Shown here piece by piece: positions 9,208-18,730 of a DNA stretch of 64,000 bases. This DNA comes from a virus. The position numbers and the translations under genes are program-made. The stretch covers positions 6,607 through 70,606 of the IMG/VR virus record IMGVR_UViG_3300021137_000010; one strand, written 5' to 3'. The notes beneath the pieces were generated by a model. That model saw nothing but the letters and a program-made list of their open reading frames with translations, had not been told where the DNA came from and did no database searches. How positions within the stretch are numbered: the stretch's first letter is position 1; each line of letters opens with the position of its first letter.

Positions 9208-9533
9208 TATTTTCCTGCCCGTAGATCATTGTAGAAGTTACGTAGATTGGGTGGTAGCTTTTCTTGTGGATACACACTAAAGCGATGTAACACGATCGCC
9301 CGAAGTGCGTCTTTTTTATCAACATCGGCGGTGACGTATTCCATTTGGAGATTCTCCAAGTCACGTACCATACCATCATTATATTGTTGGGATTCGTGGA
9401 ACACTTGATTATCCACTGCCATGTACTTTGGTGCGAAGTATGCATACATGCCGTACGATAGCAATCCGATACCGAACACGAGCGTAACAAAACCGAGAAT
9501 GGAGCCGAATACGAAGTTGATCGTGTCTTTCAT
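9207..9533 (-). CDS. membrane protein
   Basis: N-terminal TM helix. Confidence 0.7.
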   Translation of the reverse strand: MKDTINFVFGSILGFVTLVFGIGLLSYGMYAYFAPKYMAVDNQVFHESQQYNDGMVRDLENLQMEYVTADVDKKDALRAIVLHRFSVYPQEKLPPNLRNFYNDLRAGK

Positions 9534-10306
9534 TATGCGGTCACTTTCTGAGCTACCAAAGTAGTTTCGACGTCAATCACCTGAGATGGTACATTGGTCA
9601 GTGCTGACTGCACTGGCTTGCGGTTAACCATTGTGGCAGTTTCCATTTGGGCGAACGCTTTGTTCAGGTTGGACATCACACTATCAACTGCAGCCTCGTT
9701 CTTGATACGTGCAAACTCGTCGCCAGTATTCATACCAGCTAGTTTATTCATCTTTTGGGTGGCGATTGCCAACTTCCATAGGGCGCGCATTTTCTTGATT
9801 GTTGCAGCAAGATTTGCCAGTTCGGCTTGTACAGCGGCATAACGATTTTCACGCTCTTTCAAGTTTTCTCGCATAAATGCAAGTTGCTCACGACCCGCTT
9901 GGGCGTCATCTGGATATTCAACCTCGAACTCCTTGACGGTACCTTCGTAGTTCTTGATCTCAGTTCGGAATTCTGTAATAGAATCCGCAAACTTTGCAGC
10001 GTCATTCACACGCCCATTGTAACCTATTTGAATCGTTTCGATTGGATTCTCTGCAGCAGCGTCTTGGATCTTAATAAGATGGTTAACTCGCTCTGCATCT
10101 AGTTCACGATATTTCAAATCAGCGAGTTTCAATGCGACGACTGGCGCAGCGTTGATTCCAACTAGTCCAATGCCGCCCGCAATCAAGATGCCCACAATTC
10201 CTAGTGCGCCGTAAATGATTACAGGTAGTGCTACTGCGCATGCTACGAGCACTACACCGAATTTTGCAACATTAATAAACTGTTGCTTCTTTACTTCATC
10301 GATCAT
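9533..10306 (-). CDS. membrane-anchored coiled-coil protein (PspA/IM30-like architecture)
   Basis: start refined to MIDEVKK; two TM helices, then a long coiled coil. Confidence 0.65.
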   Translation of the reverse strand: MIDEVKKQQFINVAKFGVVLVACAVALPVIIYGALGIVGILIAGGIGLVGINAAPVVALKLADLKYRELDAERVNHLIKIQDAAAENPIETIQIGYNGRVNDAAKFADSITEFRTEIKNYEGTVKEFEVEYPDDAQAGREQLAFMRENLKERENRYAAVQAELANLAATIKKMRALWKLAIATQKMNKLAGMNTGDEFARIKNEAAVDSVMSNLNKAFAQMETATMVNRKPVQSALTNVPSQVIDVETTLVAQKVTA

Positions 10307-10331
10307 CGAATATCCTTTGTTAAATATGTAC

Positions 10332-10535
10332 TCAGCCGCCGAAATGGTTGATGAGAAGTTTGAGAGCTGGCAGAAGTTTGTCCTGATTGGCAGCGACGTC
10401 TTCCGGATGCATGTAACCACCGTTAAAGTGATCCTTGAGATTCTTTTTGATTGTACGACGATAGTCTTTTAGCACAAGCAATGCGATACCATCAGCGACG
10501 TCGTAGTCGAGTTCGAGTTTAATTTTAGAGGCCAT
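10332..10535 (-). CDS. hypothetical protein
   Basis: start refined to MASKIK. Confidence 0.6.
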   Translation of the reverse strand: MASKIKLELDYDVADGIALLVLKDYRRTIKKNLKDHFNGGYMHPEDVAANQDKLLPALKLLINHFGG

Positions 10536-10603
10536 GTGTAGTCCGAGTGAATAAAGGGGTAGTGTACCACATTGTTGAACTGTGCGATACACTAACTTTG
10601 CAT

Positions 10604-10780
10604 TTAAGCGATAGCAGTAGTTTCTTCAAGGAACTGTTCAAACAGGAATTGATCAGCCATCGCTTCGGTCAGACCACGCTTAGTGGAGACGTTGTAACCC
10701 ATCAACTTGGCGTACTCGGCGTTATCAAGAATGAAGTCAGCGTAAGCATCAGAGGTCATCAGGAGAGAGTAGTCAGTCAT
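10604..10780 (-). CDS. hypothetical protein
   Basis: AAGGA RBS; start MTDYSLL. Confidence 0.6.
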   Translation of the reverse strand: MTDYSLLMTSDAYADFILDNAEYAKLMGYNVSTKRGLTEAMADQFLFEQFLEETTAIA

Positions 10781-10805
10781 TTTAGAGTCCTTTGAAGTGA
10801 AAAAA

Positions 10806-10886
10806 TTAACGAGACACACGAGCGCGGATGAAAACAAAGACATAAACAGCAGAGATTACCAACATTACGATATCTACACTATCCAT
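10806..10886 (-). CDS. 26-aa hydrophobic peptide
   Basis: MDSVDIVMLVISAVYVFVFIRARVSR, first ORF after the promoter at 10915-10943. Confidence 0.35.
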   Translation of the reverse strand: MDSVDIVMLVISAVYVFVFIRARVSR

Positions 10887-10914
10887 TTCAAGGTTCTTTG
10901 TTGTCAATATGGCT

Positions 10915-10943
10915 ATTGTACCCCAACGTTATGAAAAAGGCAA
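10915..10943 (-). promoter_or_regulatory. sigma70-like early promoter
   Basis: TTGCCT-N17-TACAAT. Confidence 0.6.
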
Positions 10944-11142
10944 CAGATAGTTCAACAAATATTTTTCAGCCGATTGAGCTGGTTCTGCTGCGGATGCGAA
11001 GCCGTTTACAACAAGTTTGAACTTATTTTACAATAAATTTTTTGATGAGCTCTATAGAGCAAGTAGTCGCCATGGCGCCAGTTTGATATACATCGAATGG
11101 CTTGTGTGGCGGTAAGTATTTCTGTCACACATCCTAACCAAA

Positions 11143-11904
11143 ATGCTCGAATTAATCAACCAAGCTACTGGACCAAGTCCATCATCAGTAGTATATGTAT
11201 GTCACGCAGATCAACGACCAGTTGGTATGATTGCTGCTGTGCAGAAGTTAACGCTCGCGGCGAATATATACGTCGATTGTGTGGATACAGTAGGAGAATT
11301 ACTACAAAAAGTCGGACGAGGGCTAATTGATCCAGATCTTATCATAATCGATCACAGTCTATTGACAACTCCTAACCCCCATTCTTCCGTTTTTGACATT
11401 ATTAATACTCTGAATACGTTATTGAAGTATCAACGTTCTGAACCTGTGATTGGACCAACTAAGCCATCGTTCGTTGCCGTAGGAATAGATGATCAAGTAG
11501 CCACACAAGTCATTCGAGAACTTCTAACAATTAGCACAATATCTAGGATCTATCCAAGTGGACCTGTGCACACACTAGTCGACAAAGTTACCGCAATACA
11601 GGAATTACTACGCGGAATTCGGCACATGCCTGCTCCAATTAAAGACCGGATCGTGCACCGAGCTAAACAGGTATCTAAGCAACCAATTGAAACTATTGCA
11701 CTAACCCCACGACAGCAACAAATCTTCGATCTTGTTACTACCAGAGGAGCGAGCAATAAAACAATCGCAAATACTCTACACATAACAGATAGTACAGTAA
11801 AGCTTCACATGACAGCAATTTTAAAGAAGTGTGGAGTACGCACCCGGACCCAATTGGCTGTGTTTACTAAGCAACCCAATGTACCAATTTCGCTACTCAA
11901 ATAG
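11143..11904 (+). CDS. LuxR/NarL-family transcriptional regulator with degenerate receiver-like domain
   Basis: LTPRQQQIF...GASNKTIANTLHITDSTVKLHMTAILKKCGVRTRTQL; 'PDLIIID' receiver-like segment. Confidence 0.88.
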   Translation: MLELINQATGPSPSSVVYVCHADQRPVGMIAAVQKLTLAANIYVDCVDTVGELLQKVGRGLIDPDLIIIDHSLLTTPNPHSSVFDIINTLNTLLKYQRSEPVIGPTKPSFVAVGIDDQVATQVIRELLTISTISRIYPSGPVHTLVDKVTAIQELLRGIRHMPAPIKDRIVHRAKQVSKQPIETIALTPRQQQIFDLVTTRGASNKTIANTLHITDSTVKLHMTAILKKCGVRTRTQLAVFTKQPNVPISLLK

Positions 11905-11945
11905 TTATGTCCCACCCTGTACCCGATAGCACACCAGATGCGCTA

Positions 11946-11962
11946 TACCTATTTTAGGAGTA
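11946..11962. promoter_or_regulatory. candidate NarL/LuxR-type operator
   Basis: TACCTAT-TTT-AGGAGTA, inverted TACYNMT-like heptamers. Confidence 0.35.
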
Positions 11963-12081
11963 GTGCGTTAAAGGCTACAGCTAGCCTGATGTGCCCAGTA
12001 TATCGTCAGAGAATTTTTTAAATATTAGTAAGGGAAGACTAATTTAAGTATCCCTTAGAATATATTCTTAGGAGAATTAAT

Positions 12082-12807
12082 ATGGCAGATATCGTAACAG
12101 GTACAGTATCCGGACAAGTAGACATGACATCCGTTCAGGCGCAATTGTCTGACATCCGTCGTGAAGCAGAAGTTGCTGCTGGTGTAGCTAATTTGGAAAA
12201 TATGAAAGGATTTGACCGCGTCAATTCTGACGTGCTGAAGTCTGCATGGCAGACAACGGATGCAACTAAAGATGCGCGCCATGATGTGACTGATGCAGTT
12301 GCATCCCAGGCAGCATTGCTATCTCGACAAATAGATGCAATTGATGACACTCTCAGTGCATCCGTCAATCAAGTTAGTCGTGACGTAACAGACAACCGTG
12401 CACAAATCAGTGCAATTGGTTATCAGATTCGTGACGGTTTCTTCTCAGCAGGTAAAGATTCTGAAATCAATGCGTTAAAGACACAAGTCGATGCAGCTAA
12501 GAACACGACTTACCTATCGGACAAAATTGGCGGCGAAGGTGAAAAAACTCGCCTACTAATCAACGAACTCCAAAGCAACGATCTAAATCGCATGCTGATT
12601 GAACGCAATGCGCTATTGGCTGAAGCATATGCTGATGGTCGTCACGCACGTGACCGCGTCGACATGGGTCAATTTGCAGCAGTGAACAGCCAGATCCAAG
12701 CGCTACACAGCCAGTTGTCCACACAACTAGCAACTCAAGGAACTGTTAACTTTGGTTCGATGAGTGGCAATGCTGGGCGCAATACTAGCACAAACAACGT
12801 AGTTTAA
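12082..12807 (+). CDS. coiled-coil protein of unknown function
   Basis: strong AGGAGA RBS; helical, Ala/Gln/Asn-rich; 'KIGGEGEKTRLLI'. Confidence 0.8.
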   Translation: MADIVTGTVSGQVDMTSVQAQLSDIRREAEVAAGVANLENMKGFDRVNSDVLKSAWQTTDATKDARHDVTDAVASQAALLSRQIDAIDDTLSASVNQVSRDVTDNRAQISAIGYQIRDGFFSAGKDSEINALKTQVDAAKNTTYLSDKIGGEGEKTRLLINELQSNDLNRMLIERNALLAEAYADGRHARDRVDMGQFAAVNSQIQALHSQLSTQLATQGTVNFGSMSGNAGRNTSTNNVV

Positions 12808-12828
12808 TACAAACTAGTGAAGAGTTGA

Positions 12829-12861
12829 AGGGTGGGTAGCTTTGGTTACGCACCCTTTTTT
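12829..12861 (+). terminator. intrinsic terminator between the coiled-coil and collagen genes
   Basis: GGGTGGGTAGC-TTTG-GTTACGCACCC followed by a T run. Confidence 0.65.
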
Positions 12862-12892
12862 AATTAAGCATGGCGCATATTTAAGGACGATT

Positions 12893-13786
12893 ATGGACAC
12901 CCTAAACAGACGACTGGTTGAACTAAATGAGGCCTTATTGAAACTGTCAATGGGGCAAAAGGTAGATGACAGATTGCTAACCCAAGCTCGACAAGTGTTA
13001 GCTGGAGCGACAGTTGGTCCTCTAATCGACACCGGTTCGGGGAACGATACTGTGATCGTAAATGAGGGAGGGAGGTGCAACTGCCCACCTGGACCTCCGG
13101 GTCCTGTCGGTCCACCCGGACCAAAAGGAGATAAAGGTGATCAAGGAATTAACGGAGAGCCAGGTGCTACAGGCTTGCCTGGCCCTGCAGGAGTTGCAGG
13201 CCCACAGGGGGAACAAGGACCATCAGGAGTTGCAGGTACTCAAGGACCAACTGGACCAACTGGAGAACAAGGTCCGCCTGGCGCAGATGGTACGACAGGA
13301 CCAATCGGTCAACAAGGTCCACCAGGATCAGCCGGAGCTGATGGTGCTCAAGGACCAGTTGGTCCAGCTGGACAGCAAGGTATACCAGGACCAACTGGTG
13401 CAAATGGAGTTGACGGTCAGAGTGGACCAGTTGGAGCACAGGGTCCGGCAGGACCACAAGGAGAGTCTGGTCCGGCAGGACCAGCTGGTGAATGCACTTG
13501 CCAATGTACGACGACTGTTGTTACAAAAAACTACACAACTACGATGGATGACTATTATATTGGTGTTGCTAATCCTCGACCGGTTACCATCACTCTACCA
13601 AGCTATCCAGCACACTGCATTCAACTAATCATCAAGGAAGAGTTGGGACCCCCAGTCGGCAATCGAAAGATTACGATCGCAACCGAGGATGGGAGTTTAA
13701 TAGACGGCAATGCAGAATTTGTGATTACAGAACCCTACGAAGTTCTGCGATTGATCTACCGCGGCGGAGAATGGCATGTTATTTAA
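12893..13786 (+). CDS. collagen-like protein
   Basis: about 45 uninterrupted G-X-Y triplets flanked by CNC and CTCQC; C-terminal beta domain 'YYIGV...VTITLP'; start refined using the AAGGA RBS. Confidence 0.9.
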   Translation: MDTLNRRLVELNEALLKLSMGQKVDDRLLTQARQVLAGATVGPLIDTGSGNDTVIVNEGGRCNCPPGPPGPVGPPGPKGDKGDQGINGEPGATGLPGPAGVAGPQGEQGPSGVAGTQGPTGPTGEQGPPGADGTTGPIGQQGPPGSAGADGAQGPVGPAGQQGIPGPTGANGVDGQSGPVGAQGPAGPQGESGPAGPAGECTCQCTTTVVTKNYTTTMDDYYIGVANPRPVTITLPSYPAHCIQLIIKEELGPPVGNRKITIATEDGSLIDGNAEFVITEPYEVLRLIYRGGEWHVI

Positions 13787-14082
13787 CAATAGTCGAATCC
13801 ATAAGCGTCGTGACTATCTTCATCGTCCCTATCGTACTGCCAATTGGGGCTGGTACCTTTTGGAGCGCAATCTCGCCAGTGATTACCGTAGTTGTGACGA
13901 ATACCGTAACCGGATTGATTGGTGGGACGATGAGCTGATTGAGCAGGAATTTTTGTTACTTGCTGCTCGGCGAACATGGCGATATTGTCAACCCAGGTTG
14001 CATGCGCCCCCTTGTTAATCCTGTAACCCAACCCCGACCATGCAGCGAATGGTCGGAAGTCGGTTAATCGCAGTACAGACAT
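13783..14082 (-). CDS. hypothetical protein
   Basis: coupled ORF, convergent with the collagen gene. Confidence 0.6.
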   Translation of the reverse strand: MSVLRLTDFRPFAAWSGLGYRINKGAHATWVDNIAMFAEQQVTKIPAQSAHRPTNQSGYGIRHNYGNHWRDCAPKGTSPNWQYDRDDEDSHDAYGFDYC

Positions 14083-14084
14083 TG

Positions 14085-14507
14085 TTAAAACTTTACGAAC
14101 ATTTCGTCGATGTTGAACAAAAAGCGGTTCTTCATATTGTGAAGGACGTTTTCTGGTACACCATGCACAGAACTGAAGTTGGATTGCGCTAGGATAACAG
14201 TAGGATTTTGCCCGTACTGTTGAATCATCTCGAAGTAAGGCTGGAGTTCCTTCTTAGTCGTGAACGTGTTAGACACGATCACAGTATCACCTTCTTTAAG
14301 GCGTTCGGCACACTCAGTTTGGCACCAAGCATGAGCGGCACCAATCCTCGTTACATCCCAGTGATAGTTACCAGCTTTGTCAGTGAAGAACTGGTCAGCT
14401 TCGTAATGGCATACTGGGATAAACCGTTCGTACGAAGCCAACAGACATTTTGCAAGCGTGGACTTACCAGATCCGGGATTTCCTCGAATAATAATCAACT
14501 CACGCAT
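14085..14507 (-). CDS. P-loop kinase (AAA_33 / polynucleotide kinase-like)
   Basis: IIRGNPGSGKST, EADQFF, AHAWCQ, VSNTFT, HGVPE. Confidence 0.85.
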   Translation of the reverse strand: MRELIIIRGNPGSGKSTLAKCLLASYERFIPVCHYEADQFFTDKAGNYHWDVTRIGAAHAWCQTECAERLKEGDTVIVSNTFTTKKELQPYFEMIQQYGQNPTVILAQSNFSSVHGVPENVLHNMKNRFLFNIDEMFVKF

Positions 14508-15489
14508 TTTCAGTTTCCTTTTCAAGTAGTGCTTCGTGATCATCAAGCACAAGTGATTTGATTGTTTCGTCGTCCCAGTCAAGCACTGCTTCTGGCGTCA
14601 TGTAGGTTTTCAGCACCTTCATCAATTGTCCGAGCGCAGCATTTTCACGACCGGTCCACTCTTGCACAAGATTACCGTTGAAACGCTTTGCAGCTTGTTC
14701 AATCATAAACTTGCGTCTCCACAGTTCATCAAATTCCATACGAGCGTGTGGGAATGCTTTGAAGATTTTCTTATGGTAGATGGTCTTGTCAACATCGAAC
14801 TGGTAGAATTCATTTTTGAAGGTCTGTGTCTTGCACCATTCCAAAAACGTTGTGTACGTTGCACGCTTGCGGTCGCGCACACGTGATGTGTGGTTGCGAT
14901 TTTCCAGCAGAAAGATGTCCGGAATGAAGTATTTGCTCGAGGCAACGTTTTCAAAAATATCTTCCAGCGTATCAAAACCACCAGCGGGTGGTGGAGGCAC
15001 ATCGAGGAACTCTTCCGCTTCGTGCGGATCCAGTGTCAGCAACACTTCACCAAGAGTGTGATCTTTACTACGCACAGGGAACCACAGACCATCGTGACCG
15101 TGTTTCATACCGAGCTTGTGGGCAAGACGACCAACAAGGTTACCACGATCGTTGAACGAGAAGTAGTTCAGAGCGTAGTCCATCTCTTCCCACTTTGTAG
15201 TGATCAGGTCCAGTTGAAATCCCTTGTAAACAAGAGACCACACACCACCGTTATGCAGCACTTCGTCCTTGGCGCTTCCAAAAGCTGTCATTAGCAGCTG
15301 TTTGTTGATCTCAACAGACGGGGTGAACAGGATGTCCATATCCCCGAACGAAGCCTTTTCATTGTACGCAGGGATAACCACAAGCGCAGCAGAAAACGGT
15401 ACCATCAATCGTGATACTTCGTCAATCAGGTCGAAATATTCACTACGTTCGAATCTACGTGTTTTACCAGGGAAAACTTTTCCACCCAT
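14500..15489 (-). CDS. Pol beta-superfamily nucleotidyltransferase-like protein
   Basis: 'KASFGDMDIL' and 'FQLDLI'; start refined to MGGKVF. Confidence 0.7.
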   Translation of the reverse strand: MGGKVFPGKTRRFERSEYFDLIDEVSRLMVPFSAALVVIPAYNEKASFGDMDILFTPSVEINKQLLMTAFGSAKDEVLHNGGVWSLVYKGFQLDLITTKWEEMDYALNYFSFNDRGNLVGRLAHKLGMKHGHDGLWFPVRSKDHTLGEVLLTLDPHEAEEFLDVPPPPAGGFDTLEDIFENVASSKYFIPDIFLLENRNHTSRVRDRKRATYTTFLEWCKTQTFKNEFYQFDVDKTIYHKKIFKAFPHARMEFDELWRRKFMIEQAAKRFNGNLVQEWTGRENAALGQLMKVLKTYMTPEAVLDWDDETIKSLVLDDHEALLEKETENA

Positions 15490-15701
15490 TTTAGTACCAT
15501 CCTCTATAGAAGTAATATCGAGCCATAAACGATTGCATATCGTTGCTGGGCACAATGTCATTACCGTAATTATCTACGAAACGACTGACGATGACAACAC
15601 CTGTTGACATATATTTTGACTTTATTTGTTGATTAGACTGTGAAATTTACACACTCGTGTAAAGAGGGAGGTATGACGATATTTGAACATTGGGTCAACT
15701 A

Positions 15702-15785
15702 TGGAGCCCCCTGGAGGAATCGAACCTCGTACCGTCCATCTTTCGTTAAGGAGCGCTTTAGAAGAGCGCTAAAAGGGCAGGGGGC
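15702..15785 (-). tRNA. atypical D-armless tRNA-like RNA, anticodon UCU (Arg)
   Basis: acceptor stem GCCCCCT/AGGGGGC-T-CCA; T arm GAGG-TTCGATT-CCTC; anticodon arm AGCGCT-CTTCTAA-AGCGCT; no D arm. Confidence 0.75.
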
Positions 15786-15880
15786 ATACATTGGCATTTA
15801 TACAACAATGAAGATAGTTGATCTGTCCAGTTTAGTCGACATGACGAGCATACACCAGAAGTTAAGAAGGGTGCTACCTT

Positions 15881-16150
15881 TTACTCGTGTGTTAGCTCTT
15901 TATCTTTTTGTGTTTTTTTATCGAACTCGCCTGGTTTGATCTTACGTAGCCACTTCGCGGGGGCATGAGCTTTGTTTCCTACTCCACCGTACTCTGTTAC
16001 CAATTGATCTCGCGAGCTAACTTCCCACACTGTACCGTACAGAGAATGGTCACCGACGATTTTAACACACTGCACGACTGCTCCTACTTGAGAGCCAGTT
16101 ATCGTTTGTATCACTACTGCTAAACAGCCCGGTTCCAAATTATTCGACAT
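15881..16150 (-). CDS. hypothetical protein
   Basis: coupled ORF. Confidence 0.65.
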   Translation of the reverse strand: MSNNLEPGCLAVVIQTITGSQVGAVVQCVKIVGDHSLYGTVWEVSSRDQLVTEYGGVGNKAHAPAKWLRKIKPGEFDKKTQKDKELTHE

Positions 16151-16487
16151 CTGGCACGGTAGCTACAATGCGGTGACTAACAATCACCTCGTCAAGAAAC
16201 TTCGTCGACCTCGTTTCGACGTCCCCACACGTAACGCTATCCAGTGCATACTCTGGATGGTCGCCAAGAGTTTCGATGTAATAGGTGTTTCGAATTACTT
16301 GTACAGTCTGAACTTCAACCAACACCCTCGACGGAACCTTGGTTAGTGTAAACGTACCGTCGCCGTTATCGTTCCAGTTGATAGTATCCCCTTCGCACCA
16401 GCCAACAGCAGTCAATACTGCGTCACTAAACGGTAACATTAAGTTACCGTCTTGGTCCTCACCCACGATGACCGTTTCGGTGACCAT
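16140..16487 (-). CDS. AbrB/MazE-like domain protein
   Basis: 'GNLMLPFSDAVLTAVGWCEGDTINW...DGTFTLTK'. Confidence 0.6.
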   Translation of the reverse strand: MVTETVIVGEDQDGNLMLPFSDAVLTAVGWCEGDTINWNDNGDGTFTLTKVPSRVLVEVQTVQVIRNTYYIETLGDHPEYALDSVTCGDVETRSTKFLDEVIVSHRIVATVPDVE

Positions 16488-16488
16488 G

Positions 16489-16923
16489 TTAATACAGACC
16501 TTCTAAATTTGGCTTGACGTAATCAGGTCCCTTAGTGATCTTACCGTTAGTATCGAACACTGGCTTACCATCAACGAACTTAGACCAGTTGCTGATATTA
16601 ACACGATTTAGCGCTTCGGTAATATCCATACCAAGCATGTGAGCCACCCCCGTTGCTGTAACGATTTGATCGCACAACGCGTCAAGCATTGCCTTACGGT
16701 CGATGACCAGCTGGTCGAACGTGAGAGTACCCTCTGGTGTGATGCCGCTTTTGAACGTAGCCGCGAGATTAAACATCGGTTTAGCGACTTCAGCAGCGCC
16801 CATTGCGTCAAACATTTCACTGAATTCTTCGATGTGTACACCAAGTTGAACCAATCGGTTCTTATCATTAGGCGTGGGCACTGCAGCCTCAAACCATTGT
16901 TTTGTGCTTTGTAGTTCACTCAT
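16489..16923 (-). CDS. MazG-like / all-alpha NTP pyrophosphohydrolase
   Basis: EEFSE...LDALCDQIV...SNWSKF...GKITKGPDYVKPNL. Confidence 0.85.
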   Translation of the reverse strand: MSELQSTKQWFEAAVPTPNDKNRLVQLGVHIEEFSEMFDAMGAAEVAKPMFNLAATFKSGITPEGTLTFDQLVIDRKAMLDALCDQIVTATGVAHMLGMDITEALNRVNISNWSKFVDGKPVFDTNGKITKGPDYVKPNLEGLY

Positions 16924-16993
16924 TTTTTAGTTCTTTCCAAGTTTTATAAAAAGGGCGCCCATAAAAACTAAGGCTACCCCTATCGCAATATCG

Positions 16994-17158
16994 TTAAGCA
17001 AGCAAGCAGGATGATTCGTCACAATTTTCTACTTCTTGCACGAATGCATCGTCACCGCATTCGTATCTGTTGTTTTGCATAAATGCCTTACATTGCCCCA
17101 TGGTTCCGGTATACAAAATTTTTGTCACGTACGACGTTTCGAAGATCACTGCAAACAT
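16994..17158 (-). CDS. hypothetical protein
   Basis: start refined to MFAVIF; AAGGGA RBS. Confidence 0.5.
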   Translation of the reverse strand: MFAVIFETSYVTKILYTGTMGQCKAFMQNNRYECGDDAFVQEVENCDESSCLLA

Positions 17159-17237
17159 AAGAGTTCCCCTTAATTGACAAGATTGAATCATACCACAAAA
17201 AAGTTGTGGTTTTGTACTAACTGAAGCTTTATTTATG

Positions 17238-18170
17238 CTACCACTTAGCTTCGTTGGCAATAAGTTGCCGAGCTTGGATCCAACCGCGGAAGTTTGCAGA
17301 CCACAGCGAACCATCGCGACGCATGTGAGTGACACCAGGTTCCCACGCAGAGGGCGATCCCCATGCTTCTTGCATCACTTTGCCTTGATGTTCGACAGGA
17401 GAAGCGTGTTTTGGATCACTTTCAATTAGGCGAGAATAAATTGATTGTGCTTTTTCGAGCGTATCATTCATCGTGCGGTAGCTCACTTGCGCACAGCATG
17501 CTGCACTAACCTTCAACGCATCTTCAATTGACAAAACACCGTCACTTTCCGTAGAGTACAGAGTGTCACCATCCGGATCAAGGTAAGTATCAACGTACGG
17601 CAAGTGCCACTCGCCTACTTGCAGAATATGCGGTTTGCTTTGTGTATATGCAGTACGCATGCAGCTAGCAAGTGCTTTAAATTCAGGTTGCGCATCTGGA
17701 TGGTCACGAAGATGGAAAAAGTTCGCCCACTCGGTACCGGAAATGACAGTTTTCATTCGTTGCCAAGGTTCACACAGACGGTTTGCAACTTGCTTGTGCA
17801 GTCCGCCACCAGTCAACACTCGCGTCGTGCTGATCATAATCTTGCGCGCATCACGCCAGACCATTTTTGCTGCTTGTTTACCTGGTTCACTCAGCTCCTC
17901 ACGAGCAGACATGCCGGGTTGGTTCTGTCCCCAGTGCACAGGCATTGCTGGGTTCGTGTCGATCATTTCGAGCAATTTTTCAACAGGAATAGCACGCGAT
18001 GATGCACTATTCTTGCTCAACATTTTGTGCGTATTGAGCTCAGCGAGAATAAAGCGCGGATACTCAATCTCAAATGTAGTCAACCGAGTACCGTTGTGTG
18101 CGTAAGCAACACTGTCAGCGATAATACACGCGGAGATGCCCTCAGGGCCGTGAACTTCAACCATTTTCAT
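17238..18170 (-). CDS. thyX: FAD-dependent thymidylate synthase
   Basis: YPRFILAELNTHKMLSKNSASSRAIP, HKQVANR, LRDHPDAQPE, HASPVEH. Confidence 0.92.
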   Translation of the reverse strand: MKMVEVHGPEGISACIIADSVAYAHNGTRLTTFEIEYPRFILAELNTHKMLSKNSASSRAIPVEKLLEMIDTNPAMPVHWGQNQPGMSAREELSEPGKQAAKMVWRDARKIMISTTRVLTGGGLHKQVANRLCEPWQRMKTVISGTEWANFFHLRDHPDAQPEFKALASCMRTAYTQSKPHILQVGEWHLPYVDTYLDPDGDTLYSTESDGVLSIEDALKVSAACCAQVSYRTMNDTLEKAQSIYSRLIESDPKHASPVEHQGKVMQEAWGSPSAWEPGVTHMRRDGSLWSANFRGWIQARQLIANEAKW

Positions 18171-18534
18171 TTTCCTTTTCTTCTGGTATTTCTTCTAGTG
18201 CTGCTTCAAATATATGGTGGCCTCCACGCTGGCTGTGTTGCCACGTTTCGTCCCACAACGCTTCATTTTTCTGCATCATTTTGATCAGTGTTTCGTTGCC
18301 TGACCAACCAACGGTGGAGAGGTGGTAACGATTGCCACCCAGCTTCCATCCAGACCAGTGGTCTGTTACACACGGCTCTGAATGCCAACCGTATGAACGA
18401 AGGTGCCAGATGGTGAAAATAAATTCAAACCATCCAGCACGATCATTGTAATCCCAAGTCGCAATCCGTTCGCACGCTTCGTATGTTGGGTAACCATCTT
18501 GGTCGTAGTAGAGGGGATCGCGATCTTGGACCAT
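18157..18534 (-). CDS. hypothetical protein
   Basis: Trp-rich; 'STVGWSGNE...RGGHHIF'. Confidence 0.7.
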   Translation of the reverse strand: MVQDRDPLYYDQDGYPTYEACERIATWDYNDRAGWFEFIFTIWHLRSYGWHSEPCVTDHWSGWKLGGNRYHLSTVGWSGNETLIKMMQKNEALWDETWQHSQRGGHHIFEAALEEIPEEKENENG

Positions 18535-18537
18535 ATT

Positions 18538-18729
18538 TTAAAAGGGGCGTTTGCGGCCCAATAAGCGAAAGTGGAACTTCTCATTGTAGTGCCAGGCACC
18601 AACAACGAGCACGACAAACAGAAATGCAAGGACGTACAGTGGAGAGATTACCAACCACCACGACCAAGCGATGTATCCCATCAACTTGAGCGCAGTGAAT
18701 AGCATTGTTAGTGCAACAATGTACGACAT
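18538..18729 (-). CDS. small membrane protein
   Basis: 'LKLMGYIAWSWWLVISP', two TM helices. Confidence 0.7.
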   Translation of the reverse strand: MSYIVALTMLFTALKLMGYIAWSWWLVISPLYVLAFLFVVLVVGAWHYNEKFHFRLLGRKRPF

Positions 18730-18730
18730 A

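Noticed and set aside
13062-13628. Alternate-frame 'QDQLVQ' repeat ORF
   Set aside because: Frame-shifted reading of the collagen G-X-Y codons
15702-15785. Reading the tRNA-like gene as an amber (CUA) suppressor
   Set aside because: In the 7-nt loop CUUCUAA the centred triplet is UCU; CUA would be off register
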